Shown: positions 53,322 through 64,000, counted from the first letter of the stretch. The stretch is 64,000 nucleotides of DNA from Chloroflexota bacterium (GCA_965221905.1 OZ244922.1:3168001-3232000); one strand, 5' to 3'. Notes: generated from the sequence alone by a model not told the origin. Numbers and translations are program-made.

Positions 53322-55787
53322 CTACGCCTGCTCCACCAACATGCGCACTTCCAAGCGCAATACCTCACCGTCACGGTCTACCGTAATGATATCCCCCGCG
53401 TGGAAATTCTCCGCCAGCAGGCCTTCTGCGAGCTCATTCTCAATCAAGTTTTGGATTACGCGCCGCAGGGGTCGCGCGCCATTATCGGGATCATAGCCTT
53501 GTTCTACCAACAATTCTTTGGCATCGCCGGTGACTTCCAGCGTAATCTCATGCTCGGTGAGGCGTGCCTGCACCTCAGCCAGTTGAATGTCTACGATACT
53601 TATGATGTCTTCTTTTAACAAGTGGCGGAAAACTACCACGCTGTCCACGCGATTCAGGAACTCAGGACGGAACGTCTTCTTGATCTCCGCCATCACGCGT
53701 TCCCGCATTTCCTTGTAAAACTGCCCCTCAGTGCGGAGATCTTCGGACTCCAACCTGAAGCCAATCGCGGCGTCACGCTTAATCAGGTGCGCGCCAACAT
53801 TCGAAGTCATGATGAGGATCGTGTTTCTGAAATCTACCGTGCGGCCCCTGCCGTCGGTTAGCCGCCCGTCTTCCATGATTTGGAGCAGCACGTTGAAGAC
53901 ATCCGGGTGGGCCTTTTCGATCTCGTCCAGGAGCACTACCGAGTAACTGCGCCGCCGCACCGCTTCGGTGAGTTGGCCGCCCTCTTCATAGCCCACGTAG
54001 CCGGGCGGAGCGCCGACCAATCGGGATATCGTATGCTTCTCCATATACTCCGACATATCAAGCCGGACCATGGCGTCGCTGCTGCCAAACATAAACTCTG
54101 CCAGTGCCCGCGCAAGGTACGTCTTGCCGGACCCCGTGGGCCCGACGAAGATGAAAGAGCCTATGGGTCGCTTCGGGTCCTTGAGACCGGCACGCGCGCG
54201 TCGCACCGCCTTGGATACGTTGCTGATGGCCTCTTCCTGGCTGACCACACTTCGGTGTAAGTTCTCCTCCATGTGGAGCAGTCGTTCAGATTCCTCTTGG
54301 GCGATGCGGGTCACCGGGATGCCCGTCCACATGGAGACCACGGTCGCCACGTCTTCTTTCGTGACATTCGGCCACTTCTCTTCTTCGTTCGGCCAGTCCG
54401 ATTCGAGGTCTTCGATCTTCTTGCGCAATTCCGATTCTTTCTCGCCGAGTCCAACCGCCTCGTCATACTGGCGGCTCTCGATGGCGTCTTCTTTCTCGCG
54501 CACGATCCCGTCGAGGTCCTTCACCGCGTTGCGCAGCGCATTGGAGGTGTTTGCCTGCTGGATACGAACGCGTGAAGCCGCTTCATCGATCAAGTCGATT
54601 GCCTTATCAGGCAAGAAGCGATCGGTCACGTAGCGACCCGACATCTCCGCAGCCACTTTAACGGCTTCATCGGTAATATGCGCCTTATGGTGCTCCTCAT
54701 AGCGTTCTTTGACGCCCTGAAGCACCGCAATGGTCTCCTCAATGTCAAGTTCCCGTACGTGCACAGGTTGGAAGCGACGCTCTAGCGCAGCGTCACGCTC
54801 GATATACTTGCGGTATTCGTCCAGCGTGGTGGCGCCGATGCATTGCAATTCTCCCCGCGCCAAGGTGGGTTTGAGGATATTGGCGGCGTCCACCGCACCT
54901 TCCGCTGCGCCGGCTCCCACAAGCGTATGCAGCTCATCGATAAAGAGCATGCAATCGCCAGAGCCACGGATCTCCTCGAGAATCTTCTTAAGCCGCTCTT
55001 CGAACTCGCCGCGATACTTCGTACCGGCCACCAATGCGCCGATATCCAAAGTAAGCAGCCGCTTTCCAAGCAAGGTTTCCGGCACGTCGCCGGCAATGAC
55101 CCGCTGCGCCAGCCCTTCCACGATTGCCGTTTTGCCGACGCCCGGTTCTCCGATAAGGGCCGGATTGTTCTTGGTGCGGCGCGAAAGTATCTGCACCACA
55201 CGCTCGATTTCCTGCTCGCGACCAATAACCGGATCAAGCTTATCCCCACGCGCCGCGGCCGTGAGATCAATGCCCATCTGGTCGATCAATGGGGTGCGTG
55301 AGGTTGATTGGCGTCCGCTACTATCCTGGGTGAGGCGTGAAGGTTGCTGGCTCACCGATTGGATGACCTTCTGCCGCACTTTTTCCAGGCTCACGCCCAG
55401 GCTTTCCAGGACGCCGGCCGCAATCCCTTCACCCTCTCGAACCAGGCCGAGCAGCAGGTGCTCGGTGCCAATGTAGTTATGTCCCAGCCGACGCGCTTCC
55501 TCAACCGCAAGCTCAATGACCTTCTTCGCGCGGGGTGTCAGGCTGATCTCACCAACGTTGACGCGCTCTCCCCGACCGATGATGAACTCCACGGCGCTGC
55601 GCACCTTGGTAATGTCCACACCCATGTCGTAGAGGACTTTTGCCGCTATTCCCTCGCCCTCGCGCACAAGGCCCAACAACAGGTGCTCGGTGCCAATGTA
55701 GTTATGGTTGAAGCGGTTTGCTTCTTCCCGAGCAAGCATGAGAACTTGCTTCGCCCGTTCCGTATACTTGTCGTAGAGAGGACTCAC
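53322..55787 (-). CDS. clpC: ATP-dependent Clp protease ATP-binding subunit ClpC
   Basis: Two Clp-N repeats, [11 protein letters not shown]-like M domain, [11 protein letters not shown] ClpP-binding loop. Confidence 0.97.
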   Translation of the reverse strand: MSPLYDKYTERAKQVLMLAREEANRFNHNYIGTEHLLLGLVREGEGIAAKVLYDMGVDITKVRSAVEFIIGRGERVNVGEISLTPRAKKVIELAVEEARRLGHNYIGTEHLLLGLVREGEGIAAGVLESLGVSLEKVRQKVIQSVSQQPSRLTQDSSGRQSTSRTPLIDQMGIDLTAAARGDKLDPVIGREQEIERVVQILSRRTKNNPALIGEPGVGKTAIVEGLAQRVIAGDVPETLLGKRLLTLDIGALVAGTKYRGEFEERLKKILEEIRGSGDCMLFIDELHTLVGAGAAEGAVDAANILKPTLARGELQCIGATTLDEYRKYIERDAALERRFQPVHVRELDIEETIAVLQGVKERYEEHHKAHITDEAVKVAAEMSGRYVTDRFLPDKAIDLIDEAASRVRIQQANTSNALRNAVKDLDGIVREKEDAIESRQYDEAVGLGEKESELRKKIEDLESDWPNEEEKWPNVTKEDVATVVSMWTGIPVTRIAQEESERLLHMEENLHRSVVSQEEAISNVSKAVRRARAGLKDPKRPIGSFIFVGPTGSGKTYLARALAEFMFGSSDAMVRLDMSEYMEKHTISRLVGAPPGYVGYEEGGQLTEAVRRRSYSVVLLDEIEKAHPDVFNVLLQIMEDGRLTDGRGRTVDFRNTILIMTSNVGAHLIKRDAAIGFRLESEDLRTEGQFYKEMRERVMAEIKKTFRPEFLNRVDSVVVFRHLLKEDIISIVDIQLAEVQARLTEHEITLEVTGDAKELLVEQGYDPDNGARPLRRVIQNLIENELAEGLLAENFHAGDIITVDRDGEVLRLEVRMLVEQA

Positions 55788-55789
55788 AA

Positions 55790-56461
55790 CTACTCTCCTT
55801 GGCTCACCGCTTGTCTAACCTGTTGCCGCATTCTTTGCAGATTCATGCCCACACCTTGCAAGATACTCGCTGCAATACCCTCACCCTCGCGCACGAGGCC
55901 AAGGAGCAAGTGCCCGGTGCCAACGTTGGCGTGTCCCAGCCGACGCGCCTCTTCAGCCGCAAGCTCAAGTGCCTTCCGAGCGCCCGGTGTGAAGCCGATC
56001 TTGTCGCCTTCAACATGCTCCCCTCGTATAACCGCAAGCACCACGCTGCGCACTTTGGAGAGGTCCACTCCCAGGCTTTCCAAGATGCCTACCGCAATTC
56101 CATCACCTTCACCGACCAGGCCGAGCAGAAAATGCTCCGTGTCAATATGCTCGTGACCCAACCGACGGGCCTCCTCAACTGCCAGCTCGATGACCTTCTT
56201 TGCGCGCGGTGTCAGGCTGATGTCCCCTGCCTCCGCGCCCTCGCCCCGACCAATGATAAACTCCACCGCACTGCGCGTCTTGGTGAGATCCACACCCATT
56301 TCGTGGAGGATTTTTGCCGCTATGCCCTCACCTTCGCGCACAAGCCCAAGCAGCAAGTGCTCGGTGCCGATGTAATTGTGGTCGAACCGACCAGCCTCTT
56401 CCCGGGCAAGCATGAGAACCCGCTTTGCTCGTTCCGTAATCTTGTCGAACGGGGGACTCAC
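55790..56461 (-). CDS. Stand-alone Clp N-terminal domain protein (three Clp repeats), paralog of the ClpC N-domain
   Basis: [22 protein letters not shown] mirrors Clp[23 protein letters not shown]; RBS gaggag; TAG ends 2 nt before the clpC GTG. Confidence 0.88.
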   Translation of the reverse strand: MSPPFDKITERAKRVLMLAREEAGRFDHNYIGTEHLLLGLVREGEGIAAKILHEMGVDLTKTRSAVEFIIGRGEGAEAGDISLTPRAKKVIELAVEEARRLGHEHIDTEHFLLGLVGEGDGIAVGILESLGVDLSKVRSVVLAVIRGEHVEGDKIGFTPGARKALELAAEEARRLGHANVGTGHLLLGLVREGEGIAASILQGVGMNLQRMRQQVRQAVSQGE

Positions 56462-56543
56462 GACAATTCTCCTCGGATCCACTGTCGCAGGCTACGGTAC
56501 ACGCTTCACGGCTTCGCGTCCGATCAGAAGGGCGGCCTGCCCG

Positions 56544-57746
56544 CTAGCTCTCCAAGTCTCCTTGCTCATCTTCAGATTCGACTTGCGCTGTATCTTCCTC
56601 CACTCCTGCTTGGTCCATCGCGGTAGCCAGCTTCTCTTCTAGGTCAATAGGAGACAACCGCATCCGGTGACGCTGGGGATCGGCACTGAGTACCCGGAAT
56701 GTGAGCTCTTGCCCTTCTTCCAGAAAATCACGGCCTTCCGGAGACATCTCGGAATTGTGCGCCAATCCCTCGACACCGTCTTCGACACGCACGAACGCGC
56801 CAAACGGTGCTATCTTTATGACAACCCCAGGCACCTCTCTGCCCACCGGATACCGCTCCTCAATTCCTTCCCAAGGATCCTTCTGCGTGCGCTTGATGGA
56901 AAGACCGATCTTCTTGCTCTCGTGATCCAAGCTAAGGACACAGACCTCCACTCGTTCACCGACTCCCAGCACCTCACTTGGGTCTTCCACCCGGCTCCAG
57001 GAGATTTCAGAAATGTGGACCAAGCCGTCTGCGCCTCCCAAGTCCACGAAAGCGCCGAAGCTGCAGAGGTTACTGACTACGCCTTCCCGTGTCTGCCCAA
57101 CTTCAAGCTCTGTAAGCAACTGCTCCCGTTGGTGAGCACGCATCTCACGCTCTGCTAGGCGCTCAGAAAGGATCAGCCGATTGCGGCGGCGGTCTACTTC
57201 GATGATTTTCAACTTTAGCGACCGGCCGATTAGCTCGGAGAGGCGGGCCAGCAGGTCTTCTTCGCTCGCGTCGCGGTTCGGCGGCCGTTCCAGCGAAACG
57301 AGTTGGGAACTTGGCACGAACCCACGCAGCCCGATATCCACGATGACGCCGCCTTTATTGGCGTCGATAACGGACGTCTCAAGGATTTCGCCGTTGTTGT
57401 AGCGCTCTTCGATCTCTCGCCAGGAGCGCTCTGCCATTGCCCGCCGAATGGAAAGCAACGCATGTCCTTCAGCAGTCTCCGGGTTGACGACGTACACCAG
57501 CACCTTCTCACCAATGCTCATATCGACCGCTTCGTCCATCCGTGCTAGTTCCCTGCCGGAGACGATACCTTCTGCCTTGAGACCGATATCCACCATGATT
57601 TCGTCCGCGGCAGCCTGCACCACGACGCCCTCAACCACGTCGCCGCGCCGTACCGTGCGAATGGAGCTCTCAATTGCCCCCATCAGGGACTCCATCGTCA
57701 TTGGCTCTTCAGTCGTTGGTAATTCTTGCGTTAGTGATTCTTGCAC
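56544..57746 (-). CDS. rpsA: 30S ribosomal protein S1 (four S1 domains)
   Basis: VDIGLKAEG, NKGG, RGFVPSSQ, FGAFVDLGGADGLVHISE. Confidence 0.92.
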   Translation of the reverse strand: MQESLTQELPTTEEPMTMESLMGAIESSIRTVRRGDVVEGVVVQAAADEIMVDIGLKAEGIVSGRELARMDEAVDMSIGEKVLVYVVNPETAEGHALLSIRRAMAERSWREIEERYNNGEILETSVIDANKGGVIVDIGLRGFVPSSQLVSLERPPNRDASEEDLLARLSELIGRSLKLKIIEVDRRRNRLILSERLAEREMRAHQREQLLTELEVGQTREGVVSNLCSFGAFVDLGGADGLVHISEISWSRVEDPSEVLGVGERVEVCVLSLDHESKKIGLSIKRTQKDPWEGIEERYPVGREVPGVVIKIAPFGAFVRVEDGVEGLAHNSEMSPEGRDFLEEGQELTFRVLSADPQRHRMRLSPIDLEEKLATAMDQAGVEEDTAQVESEDEQGDLES

Positions 57747-57937
57747 TGGCTACCCTTAACCTTTTCACGCGTTACCTTATCCCACATAGCCACAATCCGG
57801 CTCATACAGTCTGTGTGGCCTGGCACCATTATAGTCACTGTCAGCCGCAAAAGTAAAGAACGGCGCGCCCGCCTATCCGCGCCCATCGCCCTTCTGGTAT
57901 GCTGAGAATAGACAGCCGCTACCGAGGAGAACTGCAC

Positions 57938-58264
57938 ATGTCAATGAAGATGCTGCGGCAGATGCAGCAAAAGATGACGAAAATTCAGGAAGAACTAGGT
58001 CATGAGACGGTTGAGAGCACCGCGGGCGGCGGGGCAGTGAAGGTCGTGATGACCGGCCATCAAAAAGTTTACGCTATCGAGATCCTTCCCGATGTGCTCG
58101 AGTCTGCCGTTACGCCGGAGGGCGAGGTAGACGAAGAGGTCGTGGTCATGTTGCAGGACCTGCTGGTCGCCGCTGTCAATGACGCCGTGAACAAGTCGCA
58201 AGAGCTTGCCAACCGTCGGCTTTCGGCAGTTACTGGCGGCATGAATATCCCCGGTCTTACCTAG
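57938..58264 (+). CDS. ybaB: Nucleoid-associated protein YbaB/EbfC
   Basis: STAGGGAVKV, MLQDLLVAAVNDA, TGGMNIPGL; upstream of recR. Confidence 0.93.
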   Translation: MSMKMLRQMQQKMTKIQEELGHETVESTAGGGAVKVVMTGHQKVYAIEILPDVLESAVTPEGEVDEEVVVMLQDLLVAAVNDAVNKSQELANRRLSAVTGGMNIPGLT

Positions 58265-58301
58265 TCCCACCGTAATTCTCACCCAAGGAGTCAGCCTAGC
58301 G

Positions 58302-58910
58302 ATGGCACGGATGAGCCTGCCCGCACCAGTAGCGCGGCTCATCGAGGAGCTATCCAGACTGCCCGGCATCGGCCCACGCACGGCGCAACGACTCGCGTTC
58401 TACCTCCTGCGCTCGTCACCGGACCTTGCCCGCAACCTCTCTACGGCTCTCGTAAACCTGCGTGACCAGACGGTATGGTGCTCTCGCTGCTTTAACCTTA
58501 GCGAGCGCGATCCTTGCCCTATCTGTCAGGACCCGGACCGCGAACAAGACCGAATCTGCGTCGTTGAGGAACCGCTCGATCTCCTGGCAATCGAACGCAC
58601 CGGCCTCTATGCCGGTCTCTACCACGTTCTCCATGGTTCACTCTCGCCGTTGGAAGGCCGCAATGTGGAAGACGTGAAGATTGCCGAACTCATCGAGCGG
58701 CTGCGGGCGCATCCGGTGGAGGAGTTGATCCTCGCGATGGACGCCGACCATGAGGGCGATACCACCGCAAGCTATGTGGCACAGGTTTCCGCCTCTTTCG
58801 CTACGCGCATTACACGCCTCGCGCGCGGCCTGCCGACCGGTGCAGACCTGGAATATGCTGACGAGAGCACCATTGCCAGCGCCTTGCAAGGGCGACAGGA
58901 CAGCACGTAA
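58302..58910 (+). CDS. recR: Recombination mediator RecR
   Basis: LPGIGPRTAQR, C4 zinc finger, YHVLHG, RLARGLP. Confidence 0.96.
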   Translation: MARMSLPAPVARLIEELSRLPGIGPRTAQRLAFYLLRSSPDLARNLSTALVNLRDQTVWCSRCFNLSERDPCPICQDPDREQDRICVVEEPLDLLAIERTGLYAGLYHVLHGSLSPLEGRNVEDVKIAELIERLRAHPVEELILAMDADHEGDTTASYVAQVSASFATRITRLARGLPTGADLEYADESTIASALQGRQDST

Positions 58911-58913
58911 CCC

Positions 58914-59702
58914 ATGCCCCGCCGCGATCCGAACCGCGTTTGGGAGCTTTTACGCCGCTACCGGGCGCTTGCCACTCGTTTCCCCCGATTTGCCTTGACC
59001 GAAATTGGCGCAGTGGAGCGATTTGGCCTCCGTTTTCCAATATTCGCCGGCACGGTAGGGCACGGCCCTCGGAGCGCCATCATCCTCGCCGGCACCCACG
59101 GCGATGAGATTGCCGGACCGCTTGCACTCCTTGAATTCTGGGAGAATGAAGCCAATCATGCCCTCACGCAGCACATCCGCTTCACCTTCTTGCCCCTCAT
59201 AAACCCCATCGGCTTTGCGCGGGGTATACGCGGCAACGGTGTGGTAGACCTCAACCGCCACTTCCAACGGCCCACGGCCCAACCCGAAAACGAAATCGTG
59301 CTGGGTTTCTTCCGCCGGCGGCAAGCAGAGCTTCTTATCTCCCTGCATGAAGACGTGTCCGCACAATGCTTCTACATGTATGAGAGCGGAGTTAGAGACC
59401 GGGCGCTGTTTGCGCAGATCGTCGCCGATGACGTCGCCCTGCTGGATGCATTGGAGTCGCAGGGGCACGCCGTGTGCGCGGGCGACCACGTGGACGGTAA
59501 CTACAATCGCAGCGGGCTCGTGGTGTCCAACCCCGGAACCGCCCGCGCCAGCCGCTCCGGCGCTCTGGAACCGACGCTCCGGCGGCACGGCGTCATTCAG
59601 CGTGTGGTGGGATTTGAGACACCGGGTCTGCTCCCTCTCACCGAACGTATCCGGCAACAGCAGATTGCGCTTCACCACGTGCTGCAGTCGTTCTTGGTGT
59701 AG
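58914..59702 (+). CDS. M14 family metallopeptidase / succinylglutamate desuccinylase-like
   Basis: GTHGDE, NPIG, DLNR, SLHED, FET. Confidence 0.85.
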   Translation: MPRRDPNRVWELLRRYRALATRFPRFALTEIGAVERFGLRFPIFAGTVGHGPRSAIILAGTHGDEIAGPLALLEFWENEANHALTQHIRFTFLPLINPIGFARGIRGNGVVDLNRHFQRPTAQPENEIVLGFFRRRQAELLISLHEDVSAQCFYMYESGVRDRALFAQIVADDVALLDALESQGHAVCAGDHVDGNYNRSGLVVSNPGTARASRSGALEPTLRRHGVIQRVVGFETPGLLPLTERIRQQQIALHHVLQSFLV

Positions 59703-59997
59703 ACCGCTTAATTGCTGATCCCGCCCCGGCAGCAGGTCCTGCTCGTCCCGGGAATTGGGTGAGAAAGTCTATGGCGCGTAGTAGGGCAATTGTGCGTTCG
59801 GGGACTGCAATACTGAGGAAGTCGCCCACACGGTGCCGCGAAAGTGGGGGTTCGTCAAAATCCCGGCAGCAGCGCAGGGCATTTGCTGCAGTAGCAGGGC
59901 ACTTGCTGCGGCAGCATAGCAAGTGCTGCAGTAATCGGAATGCTTCGCCGCTACCCAATTCGTTTGATATCCGGGCGAAGCTCGGTAGCTATGTTTA

Positions 59998-60025
59998 AAC
60001 AAAGAAGCGCCCTTCAAGGCGCTTC
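59998..60025 (-). terminator. Terminator downstream of tRNA-Cys
   Basis: Minus strand gaagcgcc-ttgaag-ggcgcttc followed by tttgttt. Confidence 0.75.
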
Positions 60026-60065
60026 CGGGCACGGTTCAGGGTATCTGTGCGCTAGCAATCATTGC

Positions 60066-60140
60066 TGGAGGCGACGAGCGGAATCGAACCGCTGTATAAG
60101 GGTTTTGCAGACCCTCGCCTTACCACTTGGCTACGTCGCC
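60066..60140 (-). tRNA. tRNA-Cys(GCA)
   Basis: ggcgacg...agggt-ctGCAaa-accct...ggttcgattcc...cgtcgcc-t-cca. Confidence 0.96.
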
Positions 60141-60256
60141 GCTCTGGAATCGAAGAGAATTTTCGCATCTCTGGCTAGCTTAAAGTATAGCCTTGGGAAT
60201 ACAGCGAGTCAAAAGCAAAAACGTGCTATGCTGCCTGCTGGGGGTAGACACGCATC

Positions 60257-61012
60257 GTGCAAGATTGGTACCAACGACTCCAGTTCGACCGCCTCATAGT
60301 CCTCAGCGCGATTGCCACGGCAGGCGTTCTGCTCACGTTGCGCGCGACCATGCCGCTGCTGGCAATTGCCGTCGTAGTCCTGCTCGGTGTCGTCACTGCG
60401 GCATTACGTCAAGTAGTTTCAGCCCGCGGCGATGACTCCGGTTGGATGGTGGCGCCGCTCTTGCTCACGTTAGCCAGTTCGCTCTTTTGGCGAGCTATTC
60501 CCGACGAACGCGCCACCCTGATTGGAAGCGCGCTGTTCGGCATCTTCTTTCTGTTCACGATCGTGGACTATCACCAGAATCGCTTTGGCCTTGCCACGCG
60601 ATTCGCAACGTGGCCCAATCAAGCAATCGTCTACATCACCCTCTTCATGCTCTTCGCAACACTCAGTTCGTGGGGCCTGCATGTGGCATTGCATTCCGCG
60701 CTTGTCGCGATTACTGCGTTTGCTGCAAGCATATCTATTCTATTCCGCGAGGGCCTGCCACGGGCCGCCACCCAAACGTATAGCTTGTTGATTGCGTTGG
60801 TCGCGGGGGAAGTAACCTGGGCGCTCATCTACTGGCCTCTGCCGATGTTTCAGGAGGCGCTTGCTCTCTTGCTGCACACTCACGTGGTGCTGGGGCTGGC
60901 ACGCGCGCACCATGCCAAGAAACTCGGCTTCGCGGCGGTCTTCGAATTTGGAACCGTGAGCGCCATCACTGCGGCCCTGCTCCTCTGGACGACTCTTAGC
61001 CCGCTAGGCTAA
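60257..61012 (+). CDS. Multi-pass membrane protein (DUF5656-like)
   Basis: About 8 hydrophobic segments; GEVTWALIYWPL motif. Confidence 0.65.
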   Translation: MQDWYQRLQFDRLIVLSAIATAGVLLTLRATMPLLAIAVVVLLGVVTAALRQVVSARGDDSGWMVAPLLLTLASSLFWRAIPDERATLIGSALFGIFFLFTIVDYHQNRFGLATRFATWPNQAIVYITLFMLFATLSSWGLHVALHSALVAITAFAASISILFREGLPRAATQTYSLLIALVAGEVTWALIYWPLPMFQEALALLLHTHVVLGLARAHHAKKLGFAAVFEFGTVSAITAALLLWTTLSPLG

Positions 61013-62003
61013 TGCGCGGCCGTACCTCGCCCACTCGTACCCCGGCGGTATTGAAGACCACAGGCGAGTGCAACTCGCGCAGACGATCATGTTGTTCGGG
61101 GCTGATGACCTTTAGCGCTTGCAAGAACTCCGGCACCAAGACAGGGTGCGCCCGCGCGTCGCCGTCCTCGATCTTGACTGCAATGCCCCAGCCTTGGGAC
61201 AAGGCGCCCGCGCAAAACAGGCCTTCAGCGCCACTCTTTGACACCACGTTGTCGCCCGCCACGCGCATGAGGTTCGTGGTAAAGCCATTGGTGCCCGATA
61301 CCATCTCCGGATAGGCCCGCATCGCACGCGAAATTCGCATCGCCGCAGCCTCGCGCTCCGCCGCGAGCCCTATGGGATTGGCAAGAACTGCAAATGCGCG
61401 CGCAATTTTCCGCAACGGAATGGCGAACACAGGCGCATTGCATCCGTCTACGGCAACATAAACGTCGTCCGGCAGCACACCGGATACTTCCGCCAAGACA
61501 CGGCGAAGACGGACCTGCGCCGGATGCTCCGGTGCCGTATATCCTTCAATCTGCCATCCGGCATGTTGGCAGAGCGCAAGCATGCTGGCATGTTTGCCTG
61601 AGCAATTATTATGTATCTTGCGCGGAGACTCACCGGCACGGATCAGCGCCTCCGCGCTTGGCGCATGGGTCGGCGCATGCGTGCCGCACGCGAGCGCTGT
61701 TTCGTCTAGTCCGATCTTCTGCAAAATGCTCTGCACAGCGGACACGTGGTACGGCTCGCCAAAGTGGGATGCGCATGTCACCGCAACCTCTCGGTCGCTC
61801 AAGCCAAAGCGTTCCGCAGCACCGCTCTCTACCATTGCCAGCGCTTGAATCGGTTTTGCCGACGAGCGGAGAAATGTCACGCGCTCCTGATCGCCGGCCG
61901 AGTAGTGTACGCTCCCTGCGGCATCCACCACAACAGCGTGCGCCCGATGCACGCTCTCAACGAGAGCGCCGCGCGTGACCTCGATCTGCATGGAATCAGA
62001 CAT
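60996..62003 (-). CDS. L-asparaginase II family (Rhizobium AnsA type)
   Basis: RGALVESVH, RSSAKPIQ, CASH, NNCSGKH, DGC, KSGAEG, KIEDG. Confidence 0.93.
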   Translation of the reverse strand: MSDSMQIEVTRGALVESVHRAHAVVVDAAGSVHYSAGDQERVTFLRSSAKPIQALAMVESGAAERFGLSDREVAVTCASHFGEPYHVSAVQSILQKIGLDETALACGTHAPTHAPSAEALIRAGESPRKIHNNCSGKHASMLALCQHAGWQIEGYTAPEHPAQVRLRRVLAEVSGVLPDDVYVAVDGCNAPVFAIPLRKIARAFAVLANPIGLAAEREAAAMRISRAMRAYPEMVSGTNGFTTNLMRVAGDNVVSKSGAEGLFCAGALSQGWGIAVKIEDGDARAHPVLVPEFLQALKVISPEQHDRLRELHSPVVFNTAGVRVGEVRPRISLAG

Positions 62004-62159
62004 AAACCTCTCTCATCTCCTTTCCAGCGGGTGCCAGCCTACTATAGAATAGCGGTAGCATGGCTAGGCTGTGCATGCCCGCAGTTTGGTCGTGCGCGGA
62101 CAATTCTTATCCGTGACTATACGTGACATCTCCTTAGTATGCTAGAGGAGGCCGCAACC

Positions 62160-63350
62160 ATGGATCGTCTCAATATCGCTCTCGTCGGCGCCGGACGACG
62201 GGGCGCAGGCGCGCACGCTCCGGTTATCAGCGCGCTGGACGACGTGTTTAACTTCGTTGCCGTATGCGACGCCACGGAGGAACGGGCACAGGAGGTCGCG
62301 GCCCGCTATGGCTGTAAAGCCTATACCTCAGCACGCGACCTCATCGAGCACGAAACACTCGACATTGCCGACATTGTCGTGCCTGGGAACGCGCACCACG
62401 CGCTAAGCTGTTTCTTTTCCACACACGGCATTCACCAAATCGTGGAGACTGCCATCGCGGTCACGTTGCCCTTGGCCGATCTCATGATCGAGACTGCCCG
62501 GCAGCATCGTGTGAAGCTGGAAGTGGCGGAGAATTACTATCGCCAGCCACTCATGCGTTTGAGGCAGGCGGTCATCGACTCCGGCGCCATCGGCGATGTC
62601 AGCCGCATCTACCGCATCTTCGAGGAGGGCGGTTATCACGGCATGAGCCTCTTGCGTATCTGGGCCGGCGCAGACCCTACGGCAATCATGGGCGTCTCCC
62701 ACACCAGCCCTATCGTCCCTATCAAAGACCGTATGCTGCGACACCAAGAGAGCGAGAAGCTATCGATTGGAGTCATCGACTTTGCCAACGGGGTAACGGC
62801 GCTCTCCGCGTATTCCAACGTCATACACGCGCGGTCGCTCGGCCGCGGCGCGTTTCGCTGCTCGCAAATTGACGGCACCCACGGCACTATCGTGGGTGAT
62901 GAAGTCCATACCGTGCCTGCTGACGAACTGCTCACCGGCGCCCAAAGCTCTCCGGTGCTGCCGCAGCGCATAACCAGTGAACGGGACGGCATCGAAGTCC
63001 TGGAACGCCTCGAAGTAACGCTTCCCGACCGGCGCATCGCCTGGGAAAACCCCTTCCGCCGATATCCCTTAACCGAGAACCAGGTGCAGGTAGCCGACGA
63101 ATTGCTCAGTATCGCTACGGCGGTGCGCGAGGATGCTGAGCCGGCGTATGGCGCGCCTGCCGCGCGCCTCGACCAGGAGATGGACATCGCAACGCTGGAA
63201 TCCGGCGGCAAGGATCGCACAACGATTCCCTTGCCACTGCGGCAGCCAACGCAGCACGAAGAGCGCCTCCATGAAAGCTTCATGGAAAAGTATGCCTGCG
63301 AGCCAACGGACGTAGATAAGCTCGTGGACACGTTCTTTCCCCGTGGCTAA
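62160..63350 (+). CDS. Gfo/Idh/MocA oxidoreductase
   Basis: VGAGRRG, VETAIA in place of EKP, VAENY, YHGMS. Confidence 0.85.
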   Translation: MDRLNIALVGAGRRGAGAHAPVISALDDVFNFVAVCDATEERAQEVAARYGCKAYTSARDLIEHETLDIADIVVPGNAHHALSCFFSTHGIHQIVETAIAVTLPLADLMIETARQHRVKLEVAENYYRQPLMRLRQAVIDSGAIGDVSRIYRIFEEGGYHGMSLLRIWAGADPTAIMGVSHTSPIVPIKDRMLRHQESEKLSIGVIDFANGVTALSAYSNVIHARSLGRGAFRCSQIDGTHGTIVGDEVHTVPADELLTGAQSSPVLPQRITSERDGIEVLERLEVTLPDRRIAWENPFRRYPLTENQVQVADELLSIATAVREDAEPAYGAPAARLDQEMDIATLESGGKDRTTIPLPLRQPTQHEERLHESFMEKYACEPTDVDKLVDTFFPRG

Positions 63351-63435
63351 GCCGAGGCTGCAGACTCTAAAGCAAGGGTCGCACGTCATAATAAACATCA
63401 TCAGGCCTACGCATAGAGCGTGAAAGGAAGTTGCT

Positions 63436-63771
63436 ATGAAACAGCCGGTAGTGATTTCGTGGGACGAAGCACGTAAACGCGTACACGAGCGCGGCTTCTC
63501 CCTGCCCTTCGTAGGCGAGCAAGCCGGCGCGGAGGTGCTGCAGCTCCATCTCTCGTCAATCAACCCGGGCGAGGCAGCGCACCCACCGCACGAGCACGGC
63601 GGCGAAGAGATCATGTTTCTCATATCCGGCAGCGGTATGGCAACGCTCGGCGAGGACGAACACTCCATGGAAGCGATGGCCGCGCTCTTCGCGCCTGAGG
63701 GTACGCGCCACGGTTTGCGCAATAGCGGTGACGTGCCGATCACCTATCTGGTAATTCGCACAAGCGAGTAG
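63436..63771 (+). CDS. Cupin domain protein
   Basis: HPPHEH..EE, HGLRN. Confidence 0.9.
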   Translation: MKQPVVISWDEARKRVHERGFSLPFVGEQAGAEVLQLHLSSINPGEAAHPPHEHGGEEIMFLISGSGMATLGEDEHSMEAMAALFAPEGTRHGLRNSGDVPITYLVIRTSE

Positions 63772-64000
63772 CACGCTGTACCCACACCGGCGCGTGAAAG
63801 GAGCGCTGGAGCGCCTGCAGCGTGCTTATGGGTTTCCCCGCACCTAACCTCGCCGCCTGGTAAACTCTCGGGCAATCCACTTCTTGCGAGTCGATTGCAA
63901 AGGTGTCGGCAAGAATCGCGGAACAGAGCCAGCCGCCTTCGCTTTACCTAACTACCTGCTAATCCAAGAGGGATCTAACCTCTGAATTGGCAGGCTAGTC

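Noticed and set aside
55787-55792. Readthrough or frameshift fusion of the Clp-N gene with clpC
   Set aside because: Different frames, and clpC has its own RBS (aaggag) and a complete N-domain
59813-59843. CUGAGGA...GAAA resembling a hammerhead ribozyme core
   Set aside because: Stem II does not pair as required

Overview
GC-rich bacterial core-genome segment, probably Chloroflexota (inferred from gene content and protein style, not from a marker gene). It holds housekeeping genes (glmU, recO, glyQS, ileS, argS, valS, cysS, miaB, purA, pfk, rpsA, ybaB-recR, clpC-radA-ispD-ispF-cysE-cysS), three tRNAs (Gln-TTG, Glu-CTC, Cys-GCA), several sugar-acid/oxidoreductase genes and many REP-like palindromic repeats of at least four families. 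No transposase, integrase or CRISPR array was seen. The strongest candidate for a new system is a prokaryotic ubiquitin-like tagging locus at 43584-47463: a Dop-type deamidase/depupylase, a translationally coupled 74-aa disordered protein ending in QPGGE that matches neither Pup nor UBact well, and a PafA-type ligase with an unusual C-terminal insert. No proteasome or ARC/Mpa gene is in the window. Other notable observations: a PTP/DSP-fold ORF with in-frame TGA exactly at the catalytic Cys position (candidate selenoprotein, also lacking the P-loop Arg); a stand-alone three-repeat Clp-N paralog directly upstream of clpC; an IleRS with the GVHH signature; a GlmU with a degenerate uridyltransferase domain; and a candidate structured RNA next to tRNA-Cys. 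All calls come from reading motifs by eye; no database searches were run.
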